This document shows, piece after piece, positions 38,422-51,617 of a stretch of 64,000 nt of DNA; position 1 is the first letter of the stretch; each line of letters begins with the position of its first letter. Source of the stretch: Callorhinchus milii (lineage: Eukaryota). The notes beneath the pieces were generated by a model that was not told the origin of the DNA, did no database searches, and saw nothing but the letters and a program-made list of their open reading frames with translations. The stretch is taken from the NCBI RefSeq assembly GCF_018977255.1, contig NW_024704743.1:71674001-71738000 (forward strand), given 5' to 3'. A program made the position numbers and the translations under genes.

Positions 38422-39169
38422 AATGAAAGATTTTCAAATAAGAGATAAGGAAGAAGCTATGTGGATTTGCACAAATGATTATATTCTTCCATTTGAATGT
38501 CTTCTGTACATAATTAAAAGTAGATTTAAAAGTAAATGAATTGGTAAACTAATAGTTATGTAATGGTTTCTTCATTGACAAGCTAAAACTCAGTACTTTG
38601 TTGCAATCTTCCATTGCAAAAAGAAGGAGTATGGAGTGAGATATAGTATATTGTGAGAATGTGACACTTTGGATTTTGATTCTTATACTGTATGTACAGA
38701 TATAATAGACAATGCTAAATGATTGTACATGTAGCTGTAATTTTTGACTAGATTCAATACTGGTTTAGCAACCTATTCACTGAGGCAATACAAAACATCT
38801 ACAGGTCAAATAAGCCTCAAAGGCTGAATGTGGGATTTATTAAGGATTAGTGTCCAGGTAGACATGATTTTGCATTCATAATTGAAACCTTCTACTTGTA
38901 ATGATGCATCTGAGAAGCAGAACTAGATTTTTTCTGCTGTTTAATAGAATAGCTCAACTGCCTTGGCTAAGTTACATAATAATAATGCTTGCGTTTACAT
39001 ATCCTGCTTTTCACGTCTTCTAGATGTCTCAAAACGCTTCACAGAATATACTATAAAGTGAATTAACCATAGAGGGGAGCCCAATAGAGGACTGTAGACA
39101 TTAAATTATATTTGAAGCAAATTCCATCTCATCACACAGATTTCCAAGCCTGTGTCAAGTGGAAAGACT

Positions 39170-39403
39170 TGTACATTTATTACGACTCCATCCCGCAGTC
39201 CCTCTGTCTTGCTCCCTCCCTCTCCACCTTCAAGACCCACCTCAAGACCCTCCTCTTCTACCGTGCTTTCAATCTCCCTGCTTCCCCCCCTGCCCCACCC
39301 CGACTCTCAGCTCGGGTCGGTAACACTATCTGTCCAGCGCCTTGGGACGTCCTCCCGACGTGAAAGGCGCTATATAAATGTAATTTTGTTGTTATTGTTG
39401 TTG
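39170..39403 (+). mobile_element. L2 subfamily B 3' fragment
   Basis: SIPQSLCLAPSLSTFKTHLKTLLF; GCGCCTTGGGACGTCCTCCCGACGTGAAAGGCGC; (TTG)n. Confidence 0.92.
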
Positions 39404-40777
39404 CTTAATTTTTTCAGACAAGTTGTGGTTATTTTGAGATCTGTTGCAGAAAGAGTGAACATGAGCAATTAAAATATAATGGTATTATACATATATAACA
39501 TATATATTTTATCTACAAAATACAGAAAATACAAAATACACATATAGGTGAGATGAATGGAACTCAAGTTTGGTTTGAGCTTGGTGGTTGGTTTCTGCAT
39601 ATATCAGACACCCACCTGATCAAAAAAAACAGCTTTGGCCTGCAGAATGTGGAGAATGTAAGATACCCATTTAACTCAATAAAATAAATCTGACTTAAGA
39701 TGCTATCTTGCAAGCAACATTCAAAATGTCATGTACCATGGGCACTGTGGGTAGCTTGCAGTTGTGGCCAAATTGGGTGGGGGGGGTGGGGAGGTGCTTA
39801 CATCCACTGAAGAGGTTTTACTTATTGCCTGTTTCAACTGCATGTATTAACAATGTAATAACACATCACACTTAGCAATTTCCATCCCATCCTACCATCT
39901 TATCCTTGCCAGGTTTACTCTCGCCGTGATGTTCATTGACAGGAGTCGGCGGAGCACAATCTCCCTTAGCCTTTTCCTTCATCTGTTAAACTGTGTTTTA
40001 GATTGACTCTTCCAAGTCATAACAATTGCTATATGTCAGCGCTCACAGTCACAAATATCAGGTTGCTAAAGGTCTCTCTGAGCTGTAGTTCAATCAACAC
40101 TAATGGGTCTCCAAGGACTATTGAACCTGCAGCAAAGAGGATGTGGTTACATCTTCAAAAATGTAAACACCTCATCTAAAAGTTAAGCCTTAGGGCATTC
40201 GATTATATATGAATGAATCACCTAACTCCCAACCCCCATCACTAGCACAAGCCTTCACTGCCCCCTTCCTCCGATAAAATCGTAGTGATGAGAATCATAT
40301 TCAGCATCTTGACGGATGTATTTCATAAAGGACTGATGAAGCGAATCCAACGCAATACTTTCAGATATGTCAAGGTAACAGCATACAAGGGATGTAAAGA
40401 GAACTTTTAGGACAGACACCAGGAAGTATTTCTATACAGAAAGGATTAGCTGGAATGTGTACCGGGAAAAGTTGTTGAGGCCAGGATATTAAACATCTGT
40501 AAGAAAAAGCTTGTTGCTGTAATGGGTATTCTGGAAGGATAATAATAATAATCCTTGTATTTGATATAGTGCCTTTTCACACGGTTGAAACATCTCGAAG
40601 CACTTCACAGGATGAGATAAAATGATCTACCCAATGTGCCCATGTAGCTACAGGCATTGCTTGCAGGTTCTCTGAGAGAGACGTTAACATACAACAACAA
40701 CAAAATTATATTTGTAAAGAGCCTTTCACGTTGGGAGGAAATCCCAAGGTGCTGAACATAATGTATTATGTTAACAC

Positions 40778-41230
40778 CAGCCTGGCTCAGTGGGTAGCAC
40801 TCTCACATCTGAGTCAAAAGGTTGTGGGTTCAAGCCCCATGTTGGACTTTGAACTTTGAACAATCTAGGCTAATAGTCCAATAAAATGCTGGGGAGATGA
40901 TGAATTATCAGAGGTGCCATCTTTTGGATGAGACATTAATCCAAGGTCCAGTCTGCTAGTTTAGATGCAGGTTAAAGATCCCATAGGATTACTTGAAAAG
41001 AGAAGGGAATTTCTCCCAGTGTCCTGGTGAGTAATCCCCCAAATAAAATTGATCACCCAATTTTCCGTTCATGGCTGTTTATGGGACATTGCTGTGTGCA
41101 CATTGGCTGCTGCGTTCACCTACAAATTACACAATTCACTGCACTTCACTGTAAAATACTGTGAAGTGCTTTGAGACGATTCAATGATGAGATAAAGGAT
41201 TACATCCTTTACAAAGATGATTATTATTAT
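40778..41230 (+). mobile_element. Old full-length Deu-SINE
   Basis: Head CAGCCTGGCTCAGTGGGTAGCAC, GGGTTCAAGCCCC, Deu core, tail. Confidence 0.92.
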
Positions 41231-41837
41231 CACAAATAAAGGTTTTGTTTTTGCTGTGGATCCACACTTACCAGGAATTGGGTTGAGATGTGGTTCACAT
41301 GGGGCACTGACAACCAACGGAGAGAGGAAACATTTATTCAATCAGTCTGGAGGGATTGAATCCAGGCCTTGAAAGAGCAGTTTGCTGATACCCTGCACCA
41401 TCGAGGAGTGGGAGCGATGGTTGAGGCAGAATCCATATTAGTTTTCAAACGGGAACTTGATAAATATCTAAAAAGGAGTAAACTACAGGAGTATGGGGAA
41501 AGGGTCGATGTAAGGAATGCTCTTAACAGAGATAGCACAGACACAATGGGCCAAATGGCCTTCTTCTGTGCTATAAATTTGTATTGCTCTCTGGTCCTTC
41601 GAAAGAGTGAGGGTGTTAAATAGCTGCCATACACCACTGTGGCTAATATAAAAACTTTCTCTTCACATTTCCAATGCAGCTTTGTGGGAGTTCTATATCC
41701 ACAGAGCTGCTGTTTTTCAGACAAGATGTTAAACCAAGATCCTGTTCACATGTTCATGTGGATATTGAAGATTCCACAAAACTTTTTGAAAAGAGAACAA
41801 AGTTTATCCTGGTTTCTTGACCAACAATCCTCCAGGA

Positions 41838-42260
41838 TTGGCTAGAGAAGCTGGGATGGTTCTCCTTAGAGCAGAGAAGGTTAAGGGGAGATTTAACAGA
41901 GGTTTTCAAAATTATGAGAGGTTTTGATAGAGTAAATAAGGAGAAACTGATTCCACTGGCAATTGGGTCAGTAACTATAGGACACAGATTCAAGATAATT
42001 GGCAAAACAACCAGAGGGGAGATGAAGAGAATTTTTTTACACGAGTTGTTACGATCTAAAATGCACTGCCAGAAAAGGTGGTGGAAGCAGATTCGATAGT
42101 AGCTTTCAAAAGGGCCTTGGATATTTACCTGAAAAGAAAAAATTTGCAGGGCCATGGGTCAAGAACAGGAGAATGTGACTAATTGAATAACTCTTTCAAA
42201 GAGCCGGCACAAGCACAAACGCTCTCCTTTTGTGCTATAAGATTCGATGATCCTATGAAT
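41838..42260 (+). mobile_element. CR1 LINE 3' end
   Basis: LEKLGWFSLEQRRLRGDLTEVFKIMRGFDRVNKEKL..TIGHRFKI, the CR1 ORF2 C-terminus. Confidence 0.92.
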
Positions 42261-42789
42261 TTAGCCAAAAATGTATATTTATTGTTCCAGATCCAGACCC
42301 GAGCCTAGACCACACAAACAGTAAAAAATAATGTGTGGATTGGGACAGCACAATTTTAACCCCTCCTCGACAGATCACACCTGAAAATCAAATATGAAAG
42401 GAATTTATTATGTTTAACATGACTACAGAGTCTAACATTTACAACAGTTAGACCATATTTTGTAGGCATTTCGCCCACAAAATATATAGTCAATTCACTT
42501 TACAGTGTATTCTGTGAAGCACTTTGAGACATCTCGAAGACATGATAAGGTGCTAGTTCAAATGCAAGGATTATTATTTATAATAATTGAAAGCAGGCTA
42601 CGGTATTCAAGATGGCAGCCATACTATTCTTTAAGCTTCAGTCGAGAGAGTCCAGGACCCGTGCTGCCACTTAGTGGGCACGTAATGTATGACATCAAAT
42701 ATTAAAATGCTATTTAAAAACGAACACTGGTGTTAACACATGTGAGAGTTTTCAATTGCCACAATCTTTACCCCATAATTTCAGCTTCA

Positions 42790-43330
42790 AACAATAGTTT
42801 TTGCTAGGGAATTCCATGGCCTATTACCTTCTGCATAAAAAAATCTATTTTCTCTCTTAGTTTTTTTGTAATGATCTTAAATGTTTTCCTTCTACTTCCC
42901 AACCAGTTGAAATAGCATCTCCCTCTTTATCTTATCAAATCCTTTCCGAATGTAGCACTCTATCAGGTCGGCTCTATTGAATCTATTGAAAAAAGTGTGT
43001 TTTTCTACTGTCATCACATAACTAAAGCCTCTCATGTCCTGTACAATATCAACAAAAACAACTTGCACTTATATAGTGCCCTCCATGCAGGGTAGTCTCT
43101 CAGAGCACTCAACAGTGGCGGAGTCTGACTCCGGGGTAGGGGGATGGACGTGACCATAAGCACGGTCGAAAAGAAAGGTTTTCAGGCTGGACTTAAGAAA
43201 GGGGAGAGAGGGGGCAAGGCGGAGGAATTGAGGGAGAGTTACACCCTAGCAAATCTCTTCTGTACCTTCTCCATGCCCCTGACAAGCTTCGTAAAGCAGG
43301 GCACCCAAAACTAGACATAATACTCCAATG
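42790..43330 (-). mobile_element. Old CR1 fragment interrupted by a third L2-type 3' end (~43050-43240)
   Basis: Antisense CR1 (AAATCTCTTCTGTACCTTCTCCA...CCCAAAACT) flanking AACAACTTGCACTTATATAGTGCCCTCC. Confidence 0.65.
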
Positions 43331-44244
43331 TGCTGGAAGCTACATTTTGTATGTCTTAAATAGTGCTTTCAAAAGAATCAAGTGGATATTTACTCTGGGG
43401 CCTGAGATTGCTCATGACATTTACTACTGGAAGTTGTTGTTGAAGTAGAAAGCATTGACATGTTTAAGAGGAAATACATTAGAACGAAGGAAATACAGGG
43501 GTATAGGTGAGGAGATTAGGCGGTGTGGAGGCTCATGTGGAGCATAAACTCTGCCATGAACTAGTTGGACCAAATGACCATTTTCTGTGCTGTAACATTC
43601 TTTGTAATTCTCTGTAAATCTTAGCCTTCAGTCTATTGTCTTGGGAACTTGGGAAGAGTTATCCTATCCACAATTTTCACTGTAGGTGGTACAAAGTACA
43701 TGACTATAGAGTGAGAAGATTAGAAAATAAAAACAAGAAATTTAGGTTATATTAAAAGAATCCTTCAACTTGATATAGTGGTTTGTCTCAAATGAGGTCT
43801 CAAGCGTTTCACAAGATTTGCTGTAAAGTGTAGTAACTGTGTATTTTGTCGACAGTGAATTACCAATTTTATCTAGAAGATTGTTAGACAGGACATTGGG
43901 AGAAACTCCCTTCTCTTTTTGAATAGTGCCATGGGATCTTTAACATCCAATGTTTGTCTGGATGGCCAAATTGCTGAGTTCATCTTTTGAAAGAAGATAA
44001 AGAAATGCTAATACTTTGTTGTGTTACCTCTGTGGGCACAATTCAAACTTTAATACTATGATAAGGCGCCATATCAAATGCAAGAATTATTATTATCTTA
44101 ATACACAGGTGCACAGGATATTTAACATCCACCTGAACTTGGTTTCACATCCCTTCCAAAGGATGACACTTCTCCAGTTCTGCACTGGAGCATCAGCCTG
44201 GACTGTGAGGAAATACTAACCAGATCCTTGCATGTAAGAGGGTT

Positions 44245-44584
44245 ATAATAATAATAATAATCCTTGCATTTGATATAGCGCTTTTCACGTCGGGAGGACG
44301 TCCCAAAGCGCTTCACAGAACACACACTGTAAAGTGAATTGACTGTATATTTGTGGGCGAACGCGGCAGCCAATTGCGCACAGCAATGTCCCACAAGCAG
44401 TCGTAGATTGAAAATGACCAATTTATTATTGGTTTTTTTTGGTTTTGGAGGGATTATTATTAGGCTCTGTGTGGAGTAAGGAAACTTGCCCAAGGTTTCG
44501 CCCTCTGCCTGGAATTGAACTCAGGTCTCTCACTTGCAAAGCGAGTGCTCTAACCACTGAGCTACAGGACTCTACAGGACTCCA
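44245..44584 (-). mobile_element. Young full-length SINE with a 10-bp duplication at its 5' end
   Basis: Near-identical to other young copies; CTACAGGACT repeated at 44562-44581. Confidence 0.97.
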
Positions 44585-46564
44585 TACATAGAGAAGTTGG
44601 CTAAAATGTGTTACAGATACATCACATACATAGTTGCAGAAGTATAAATAGAACTGTTTAAATTAAACTGCTTTTGAGTGAAAACTAAACTCTGTGAAGC
44701 GTTTTGAGACATCCGGTCTAAATGAAAGCTGTTATATCAAACACAAAGATTATTATTAAACAAAATTCTTGATCTCCTGGATTATCATCATACTTTTATC
44801 AGATCTCAACCTACCGGTCAGTGCAGGGTTTGGTGTTTTGAGGAGACTTACGTATTTAAAGAATAAACATGAAAGGATTCGAAACACTTAAAATAATGAA
44901 TGCCTCTGTGTTGGAGCCTTGCTTTGACTATTCCATTTTCAGTACGGGGAAACAAGCAAGGAATTTGTGACAAAATCAAAACAAAACTATTAAGCATTTT
45001 ACCGCTTGTGGCAAGAGTGACATACTTTTGGTATGTTTAGGATCTGTTCGTTGAAATTCTTCTCATTTATCAAGCTGGTAAATTCAATTAACATTTTATG
45101 TGAAAATCAGCGTCACCTCAGTGACCAGCTGAAAACAGATTGGCTGAAATGCATCTTCAATTTCTACTGGAGACAGTAAGATCAATAGTCTGTTTCACAA
45201 TGAGTTGACCCTTTGATTGTATGACATTGAACTTCTATGCATAACAAGTAGCCCATATGGGTCTGTTAAAGCTGCATGACCTAGTTACTGATACAGTAAT
45301 GATGTGTGGTGCTCTGGTATATCGGCGATCTCAGAGATACTGAGTGAGCAGGGTATGGATGATTCTCTGACCCTGTTTGGGCCAGTGGATAGGGAGATAT
45401 GAAAGGCTCGGAGTAAATAAGAGGCAGGGGGAGAATCCCTGAGATGTAGATTTGTCAGAAAGAAAGAGACTGTCCGAAACATGGATTGAGATAGAGTGTA
45501 TGTGAGAGAGAGATTGGTTAAAGAGAGGACAAGTATCTTGGGTATGAGAGACACAGACACAGCGAGAGAGTGAGAAAGTCTGAATATAAGAGGCTACAGT
45601 CTGGACAGATTAAAGTCAGTTCTTTCCTAGTTAATAAAACAATGTGAATAGCACATTCATAAGCATCCAAGAAGAGTTTCTTTAACTGTTTATTTCAGTA
45701 CATATTTACTTGTCCAATATTGTGGTATTCCTGCTTTGTGCCGTCAGTCCTCTAAGCATTTTGATTTTTGTTGGAATCAATAGTGCTGATTAAAATAAGT
45801 AGCTCTTGTGAAAATTCTGATTGAGTTTGTACGATATTAAAACAGAAAGATTGCTGAGTTTAATTGAAAGCAATTACTTATTTCTGTGCAACTCACATAT
45901 CAGCTGTCAGTCTTGCTGTCACTACACTGCACATCAGTAGATTGGAAATGAATACCCTTCCTCCTGCCTTCCCTCACTTTTGTACTCAGATTTTTCTTCC
46001 CTTGTTTGTGTCTATCCACTATTCCCTAAAGAAAAGCTCAGGTAAAAAATGTCTCCAGATCAATACTATAATCTGTCACGTAGACGAGCACCATCGTGGT
46101 TTGCTCACAGGCCAGCCTTCTCTCTTTCTCTGTGTGGAACATCACATGTGCTTCAACATGCTTGTAACACCTTATTATGCAGAAATGTCTCAAACTATTT
46201 CACTAGTAATTATTGTCAATTGTAGTTTATGCTTTTGTAGCCAAAACTGGCAGCCACAAACAGCCATGAGATGAAACAACCAATTCATCTGGAGTTGTTC
46301 TAGCTAGGATACTAGGAGAAAATCTCCTCTCTTTTCGAACAGTAAGTTAGAACCATAGAATCAGGGGAATTTACAGCACTGAAGAAAGCCATTCAGCTTA
46401 TGTACTATTGTACATATTAATCTATGTTAACACTCCAATACAATTCTGGAAGCTCTTTTAAAGATCAATCCTTTCAGTCCAGCTCCCTGTCATCCTTTCT
46501 TATCTTTTCTACAAACTTGATCCTTTTTACGTGATGTTTTCTTAAACCTCTATTTTCATCTTGT

Positions 46565-47022
46565 TTTTCGAATAGCACCGTGAGACTTTTCAGCATCCAC
46601 CTGACCAGACAGAAAGTTCTTGGTTTAACGGTATAGAGTTTGAACACGACTCAGAGGCAAGTGCAGAACGTGATACGGAAGTATAGTAGGAAACACTTGG
46701 GTTACATTATGTACTTGGCAGTCATTGGAACAGTTACATTTTCAGTGCACAGATAATACCACCTGTAAGTTCAGCCATTCCAATAAAATCGAAAGCGAAA
46801 TCAGGCAAATGAACCAACTTAACTGAACAGAAATGATCTGCTTACCTGTTTCAATCATTCCATTATCACATCCACTAGAGATAAAGACTTAAAAACGGCA
46901 GGTTAAAAACAATTTCCAAATCATCATAATGAAGCAGAGATTCTGCATATGATTCCGAAATGTGGAAGAATATTCTCTGCTAAAAGAAAACTCACATGTC
47001 TCATAGCAGCAGAGGATCACAC
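46565..47022. repeat. Left arm of inverted local duplication
   Basis: Reverse complement aligns collinearly with 50100-50595. Confidence 0.93.
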
Positions 47023-47133
47023 CCTGCTAAATTAGTTGAAATGCTTCCCACAGCACTTGTAATTCTCTCAGCAAGCAGATTGTTCCCAGCCCGGGTAAGG
47101 TGCAGTTCGTCATCCTATACAGATCAGTGTGTC

Positions 47134-47585
47134 AGGCTAGCTCAGTTGATAGCACTCTTGCCTCTGAGATAAGAGGTTGTGGGTTCAAGCCCCATGTCAG
47201 TACGTGGAACTCATATTAATCTATGTTAACAGTACAATACAATTCTGGAGTAAATGTTAAGATGCATTGTTGGAGGTGCCATCCTTTGGATATAACATTA
47301 AACCAAGGCCCTGTCTGCCTGTTCAGGTGGACAATAAAAATCCCATGACACTATTCAAAAAGAGTTTCTCCCAGTTTCCTGGCAAACAATCCCCCAAATA
47401 AAATTGGTCATTCAGTTCATGGCTCTTTGTGAGGCATTGTTGCGTGCAACTTAGCTGCCATGTTGTCTGACAAAACACATTTACTCCACTTACATATCCT
47501 GTGAAATGCTTTGGGATATCCTCCTAGTGAAAGGTGCTATACAAAATGCAAGAATTATTGTTTTTATTATTGTTATTATTATTAT
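47134..47585 (+). mobile_element. Old full-length Deu-SINE
   Basis: GCTAGCTCAGTTGATAGCACTC head, GGAGGTGCCATCCTTTGGAT...GTCTGCCTGTTCAGGTGGAC core, (TTA)n. Confidence 0.92.
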
Positions 47586-48035
47586 CACACCTCCCCAATA
47601 AATGCTCCAGATCTCCAAACTGGTCTCAGATATTTTAATATCCATCTGAAAAAGCCAGGGATTCAATAATAGTGCAGCATGTTATTTAACATTGGTACCA
47701 ATCTAGTGACCTCATGATATTTTGCACATTAATTGGTCGCCACTTGTTTAGCTGCAGACCTCCTTCCGCCGACAACCTTTCATAAATATAATAATAAATA
47801 ATAATAATCCTTGCATTTGATATAGAGCCTTATCATGTCATTGAAACATCTCGAAGCATTCCTTTTTTTGTGAATTCTTTGAGATAAAAGAAATGTTTGC
47901 CCTCTAATATCACAGTGTTAAATCTTCCAGCTCATTCTCAACTTACCAGGAGTGGACACACATCCATCCATTATTGACTAATGAGTCCAGGCTTCACTAA
48001 GGATATTGTGGGATATTCCATTGGGGGAGTTTAGT

Positions 48036-48525
48036 GGCCGTTTCGCCCACAAATATACAGTCAATTCACTTTACAGTATATTCTGTGACATGCTTTGAGA
48101 CATCTAGAAGACGTGAAAAGCACTATATCAAATGCAAGGATTATTATTATTATTAGTGGTTAGAGCATTCGCCTCACAAGCGAGAGGACCTGGGTTCGAT
48201 TCCTGGAAGGGCAAAATGGTAGGCAAGTTTCCTTATTCCACACGCCTTTGTTTACCTAACAATAAGTAGGATTCTGGTTGCTAGTCGATTGGCAGATCGT
48301 TTTTTCCGGGGATAATTATCCCTTCAAAAGTAAATAAATAAATAAATAAATAATTGGTCACTCACTCCATGACTGTTTATGGGACACTGCTTTGCGCTAT
48401 TGGCTGTCGTGTTTTGCCCACAAAACATACAGTCAATTCCCTTTACAGTATATTCTGTGAAGTGCTTTGAGACGTCTCGAAGATGTGATAAGGCACTATA
48501 TCAAATGCAAGGATTATTATTATTA
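48036..48525 (+). mobile_element. SINE 3' piece followed directly by an intermediate-type SINE (48155-48525)
   Basis: Tail ...CAAGGATTATTATTATTATT runs straight into AGTGGTTAGAGCATTCGCC...GGGTTCGATTCC. Confidence 0.9.
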
Positions 48526-49148
48526 GAAATGGACATTCCCACGTACACAGAGTCTGGTTAGAAGTTTGAATGAATGAGCACATTTTCAACAGTAACCATC
48601 CCAATTGCTTTTGTGATGAGTTTACTTTTACAAAATCCTTTTTGTTTGGTCAATGGTTAGCCACCAACCTTTATTTCCCCTTAACCCCAAAACTCACAGT
48701 ATTTTTGTTGTTGCAAGTAATGTTTAGAATATAATTAATTTATGTGCAAACCATTTTATACATGAGCTGTGATTTAGAGGGGGAAGGAATTTGTAACGTT
48801 TCATGACAGAAACAAACAAATTTTCAAAGATTAAATGTGAAAAAATGCAACGTCATAAACTATACCCACTTAATTTCATAAATATTCTATGCAATGGATA
48901 TTAGCTTCAAGGATTTTCATCTACTATTTCAATTTAAAGTACCTATTATTATTTTAGTGCCATAAACAACAGTTTATTAATGATTGTTTCATTGCTGCTG
49001 TATTTGTGGTGATTTGAAAATAACTATATTTAACGATATGTAATAAACCTTTACATGCTGATTCAATGAACATTTATTGAATGGTACACAAAGCAGTTAC
49101 TACAGAATTGGTTATTTGTGTTGACAGATTTAAGATCTTTGTAAGGTG

Positions 49149-49850
49149 AACAACAAACAACAAACAACAAATTGCATTTATATAGTGCCTTTCATGTCAG
49201 GAGTACATCCCAAGGTACTGGACAGCCAAGGGTTTGCACCCAAGCTGTGGATTGGATTCAAGAGGATGGAGGGTAGAGTGAATGGGGGTGGGAGGGTGAC
49301 TGTGCCTTTCATGTCAGGAGTACATCCCAAGATACTGGACAGCCAAGGGTTTGCACCCAAGCTGTGGATTGGATTCAAGAGGATGGAGGGTAGAGGGAAT
49401 GGGGGTGGGAGGGTGACTGAAGGCAAGGTCAAAGAGGAAGGTCTTGAGATGGCCCTTGAGAGTTAGGCAAATTTCCTTACTCCACACACCTCTGTTTACC
49501 TAGCAGTAAGTAGGAACACGGTTGTTATTCAATTGGCAGATCCCTTTTCTGGGAATAATAATCCCTTTAAACAAAAAAAAGCGTTCACTCAATCCATGAC
49601 TGTTTGTGGGACACTGCTATGTGCAATTGGTCCACAAAATATACAGTCAATTCACTTTACAGTATATTCTGTGAAGCGCTTTGAGAAATCTCGAAGACGT
49701 GATAAGGTGCTATATCAAATGCAAAGATTATCATTATGTTATTATTGAAGGAGGTGAAAGAAGGGGCAAGGTGAAGGGACTCTGGGATGGAGTTCCAGAG
49801 AGTGGGGGCAGAAAGCCTGAAGGCTCAACCGGCAGTGGAGGAGTGAGCAG
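49149..49850 (-). mobile_element. Old L2 3' fragment with a 117-bp tandem duplication, interrupted by a plus-strand SINE (49463-49745)
   Basis: L2 tail at 49149; duplicated 49185-49301/49302-49418; L2 resumes at 49746. Confidence 0.88.
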
Positions 49851-50099
49851 AGCAGTGTTGTGAAGCAGGTGAGCTTCATTTGGGAAATGCTGAAGGTGAG
49901 ACAAAAGTGGGAGGTTGTTCCCTTCCCCCTTCGCCCTTGTTCAACATCCAAGCCCACCACTGTAAACACTCTAAGACTGTTGTGGTTGAAGGTCTTCAAA
50001 TAATTCCTTGTAATATTATAGAGATGTTCCTGGCATTCTTCTTCTTACTGGAGGCTGCATTCATTTGCACAGTATGAAGATAATAATTTTTCTCTCGCT

Positions 50100-50595
50100 G
50101 TGTGATCCTCTGGAGCTATGAGACGTGTGGGTTTTCTTTTAGCAGAGAATATTCTTCCACATTTTGGAATCACTATATGCAGTATCTCTGCTTCATTAAG
50201 TTGATTTTAACCTGTCGTTTTCAAGACTTTATCTTTAGTGGAAGTTATAATGGAGCGATTGAAAATTGAAGAAGGCAAGCAGATCATTTCTGTTCAGTTA
50301 AGTTAGTTCATTTGCTTGATTTCACTTTTGATTTTATTGGCTGGCTGAACACACAGGTGGTATTATCTGTAGAGTGAAAGTGTAATCATTCCATTGCCTG
50401 CCAAATGCACAATGTACCCAAGTGTTTCCTACTTTACTTCCATATCACGTTGTGCACTTGCCACTGAGTCGTGTTCAAACCGTACATCATAGACTAGGCT
50501 GAAACTCCAATCCTGTCCTTTGAATGAGATATTAAACAAAGAAATGTCTGTCTGGTCAGATGAACATTGAAAAATCTCACGGTACTATTCGAAAA
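50100..50595. repeat. Right arm of inverted local duplication (continues into a Deu-SINE ending ~50812)
   Basis: GTGTGATCCTCTG...AGCAGAGAATATTCTTCCACATTT is the reverse complement of ~46958-47022. Confidence 0.93.
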
Positions 50596-51617
50596 GAGAA
50601 GGGAATTTATTGTTGTTCTGGCCAACAATCTTCCAGATAAAACCGATCATTCATTTCACGCTTGTTTGTGGGAATATTGCTGTGTGCAAATTGGGTGCTA
50701 CGTTTGCTTATAAATTACACAGTCACTACACTTTGTAAAAAGCTTTGCAAAGCACTTTGAGACATTTTCAACATTATAGATACTATATCAAATGCAAGGA
50801 TGTTTATTATTAGCTCAGGTACACATTGCATTTTTTGCAGTATTCCAATGGGGTCTAGAGGAAGAAAGTTTGTAACTCAGCTTTTTACTTTTTATTTTAA
50901 CGCTCAAATGCAGAGAAATCTCTTGAGATTAAAAGATCACATTTAAAGTTAGACTAAGTCCCCTCGGGACTCCTTTTTAAAATCAGATAACTGCTACAAA
51001 ATCTGACTGACATTCTTCTACATAAATAATTTCTGTCAAATTTAAATGTATTCATGTATTTTTAAATAAATGGTGAGCATTGATGTTATCACTAGGATAA
51101 TGCAAAAGAGTTCCTGCGTTTAGGTGTTTGGAGACTCAATTATTATTAGGAAGTCTAGTCATAAAGCCTGGGATGATTTATTGCCAACAGTGTGTAATTC
51201 AATTCCTTTTTACAGCTAGCATCGGTTCCAAGCCAATACCTCCAATGATGTAATCAAATCTCACTGCTTAATCCTAAAATCAGGAGAACAAATCAAAAGC
51301 CTTTTAATATGAATCATTATTATTTCCAACTAAAAGTGAAGTTCCCTCTTTAATGCCCACTTTTCCATAGTGAGAATTGTTTGATTGTAAGAGGGCTCCA
51401 TGGTATTACAATGGGATACTGGATTATTTAAAGGCTTTACATAGAATTATATAGACTGTATGACACAGAAACAGGCCATTCGTCCTGACTAAATTCCACC
51501 ATTCCTAAACCCCTCTCCCATACCTCTCTAGTCCACTCTCCCTCGTGAATGCATTACATACAAGTAATAAATTGATAATGTTGGGTTGTCTGAAGGTATA
51601 GCACTTTTTTTCTCAAG

